This document shows, piece after piece, positions 62,539 through 64,000 of a stretch of 64,000 bases of DNA. The DNA comes from Felis catus (taxonomy: Eukaryota): contig NC_058368.1 of the NCBI RefSeq assembly GCF_018350175.1, positions 213,344,001-213,408,000 on the forward strand. The letters run 5' to 3'. Positions within the stretch are counted from its first letter, which is position 1; the number at the start of each line of letters is the position of its first letter. The position numbers were made by a program, and so were the translations under genes. The notes beneath the pieces were generated by a model. It did not search any database, was not told the origin of the DNA, and saw nothing but the letters and a program-made list of their open reading frames with translations.

Positions 62539-62910
62539 GTATAGATTCTTGGTTGGTAGTTTCTTTTCTTTCGGCACTTCAAATCTCAGTGCCTTCTAGT
62601 CTCCAGTCTTCAGTGATTGCAGTGAGAAGTTAACTGGTAATTTGCATTGTTCCCTTATATGTGATAAGTTGTTTTTTTCTTGCTGCCTTCAAGATACTTT
62701 TTTTTCCCTCAACAGTTTGACTATGATGTCTATGTTTGGTGATCTCTTTGTGTTTATCCAGTTTGGAGTTTGTTGAGCATCTAGATCTTAGATGAATTAT
62801 TTTCTACCTGGTTTGGGAAATTTTCAGCTGTTATTTTTTCTACTTTCTCTCTTTTTGAGATTCCTTTTACTCCTATTTTACTCCTAAGGTCTTAAAGACC
62901 TTAGTCTCTG

Positions 62911-63134
62911 GGGCGCCTGGGTGGCTCAGTCGGTTGAGCGTCCGACTTCGGCTCAGGTCATGATCTCACAGTCTGTGAGTTCGAGCCCCATATCGGGCTC
63001 TGTGCTGATGGCTCAGAGCCTGGAGCCTGCTTCCGATTCTGTGTCTCCCTCTCTGTCTGCCCCTTCCCTGTTCATGCTCTCTCTCTGTCTCAAAAATAAA
63101 TAAAAACATTAAGAAAAAATTAAAAAAAAAAAAA
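62911..63134 (+). mobile_element. SINEC_Fc
   Basis: 17-bp TSD AAAGACCTTAGTCTCTG (62894-62910 and 63135-51). Confidence 0.95.
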
Positions 63135-63714
63135 AAAGACCTTAGTCTCTGAGGCTTTCCTCATTTTCTTTCTCTCTCTCTCTCTCTCTTTTTAATTGAA
63201 GTATATTTGACATTCCTCATTTTCTTCTTTTCTCTTGCTGTTCTTCAAATTCAGGTTCCTTGATTTTCTTTCATTTCAAGTCTGTTGAACTCTTCTTGTG
63301 AACTTTTCATTTAGGTCATTAATTTTAACTCAAATTCTCATCTCTTGAGATTCTGTATTTGATGAATCAACTTTCTTAATTAGTCGTTGTGTTATTCCTT
63401 TAATTCTTTAAAATTTTTTTTAAACATTTCATTTTTGAGAGAGAGACAAAGTGTCATCAGGGGAGGGACAGAAACAGAGGGAGACACAGAACCTGAGGCA
63501 GGCTCCAGGCTCTGAGCTGTCAGCACAGAGCCTGATGCGGGTTTCCAGCCCATGAACTGCGAGATCATGACCTGAGCTAAAGTTGGCCGCTTAACCAACT
63601 GAGCCACCCAGCGCCCCTTGTTCCTATGATTCTTAAAATCTGATTTCCTTTAGTTCTTAACCAGTTATTTTGTAAAATGTCCCTCAATTTGGATTTGTCT
63701 GTTGTATACTTTTT

Positions 63715-64000
63715 ACAGAGAGTGTGAGCAGGGGAGAGGGAAGGCGGGGGAGAAAATCTATAGCGTGGGGGCTCAATCCAGTGACCCTGGGATCATGACC
63801 TGAGCTGAAATGAAGAGTTGGATGCTCAACTGACTGAGCCACCTAGACTCCCCTTTTGTGTAAATACTTTTTTTTTTTTTTTGAGTGAGGTGAGGGGCAG
63901 AGAGAGCAAGAGGATGCAAGAGAATCACAAGCAGGCTCCACGCTGATGTGTGGGGCTCAATCTCACGAACCATGAGATCATGACCTGAGCTGAAATGAAG
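63715..64000 (-). mobile_element. Two minus-strand Can-SINEs, the second cut by the window end
   Basis: GATCATGACCTGAGCTGAAATGAAG occurs twice. Confidence 0.85.

Larger units (their letters stand above)
60070..63700 (-). mobile_element. Long degenerate L1 fragment hosting SINEs (- ~61680-61830; + 62911-63134; - ~63410-63617) and an LTR
   Basis: T-rich antisense ORF2-like sequence (TTCAGTTCAAAA, TGAAGTCTACTTTGTC, TTGAATCTAAA, TTCTTGCTGCCTTCAAGAT). Confidence 0.75.
38749..64000 (+). other. GOLPH3: GOLPH3 intron 1 (partial)
   Basis: Begins at the GT donor. Repeat-rich, with no further GOLPH3 coding sequence recognised before the window end. Confidence 0.85.

Overview
This is mammalian genomic DNA from a felid (cat family), judged by its dense felid-type Can-SINEs (SINEC_Fc) and an L1_Fc 3' end. 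There is one protein-coding gene segment: GOLPH3 exon 1 (+ strand, ATG 38524, splice donor after 38748) in a CpG-island promoter. The next ~25 kb is intron 1; I did not find exon 2 in the window. The upstream ~37 kb is intergenic and holds a full-length, disabled processed pseudogene of ferritin light chain (FTL, - strand, 18397-19259) with a 15-bp TSD and a mutated IRE. The rest is mostly transposon-derived: about 55 Can-SINEs by eye, L1/L2/MIR fragments, MaLR and ERV solo LTRs, Tigger-derived MITEs, and microsatellites. Almost all ORFs in the supplied track are repeat artefacts. I found no novel multi-gene system. The best leads are an in-frame uORF ahead of GOLPH3, candidate Golgi/ER-stress regulatory motifs, and several well-preserved records of insertion and repair events. 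Repeat family names come from recalled consensus sequences, and repeat boundaries are approximate unless a TSD or TIR is cited.
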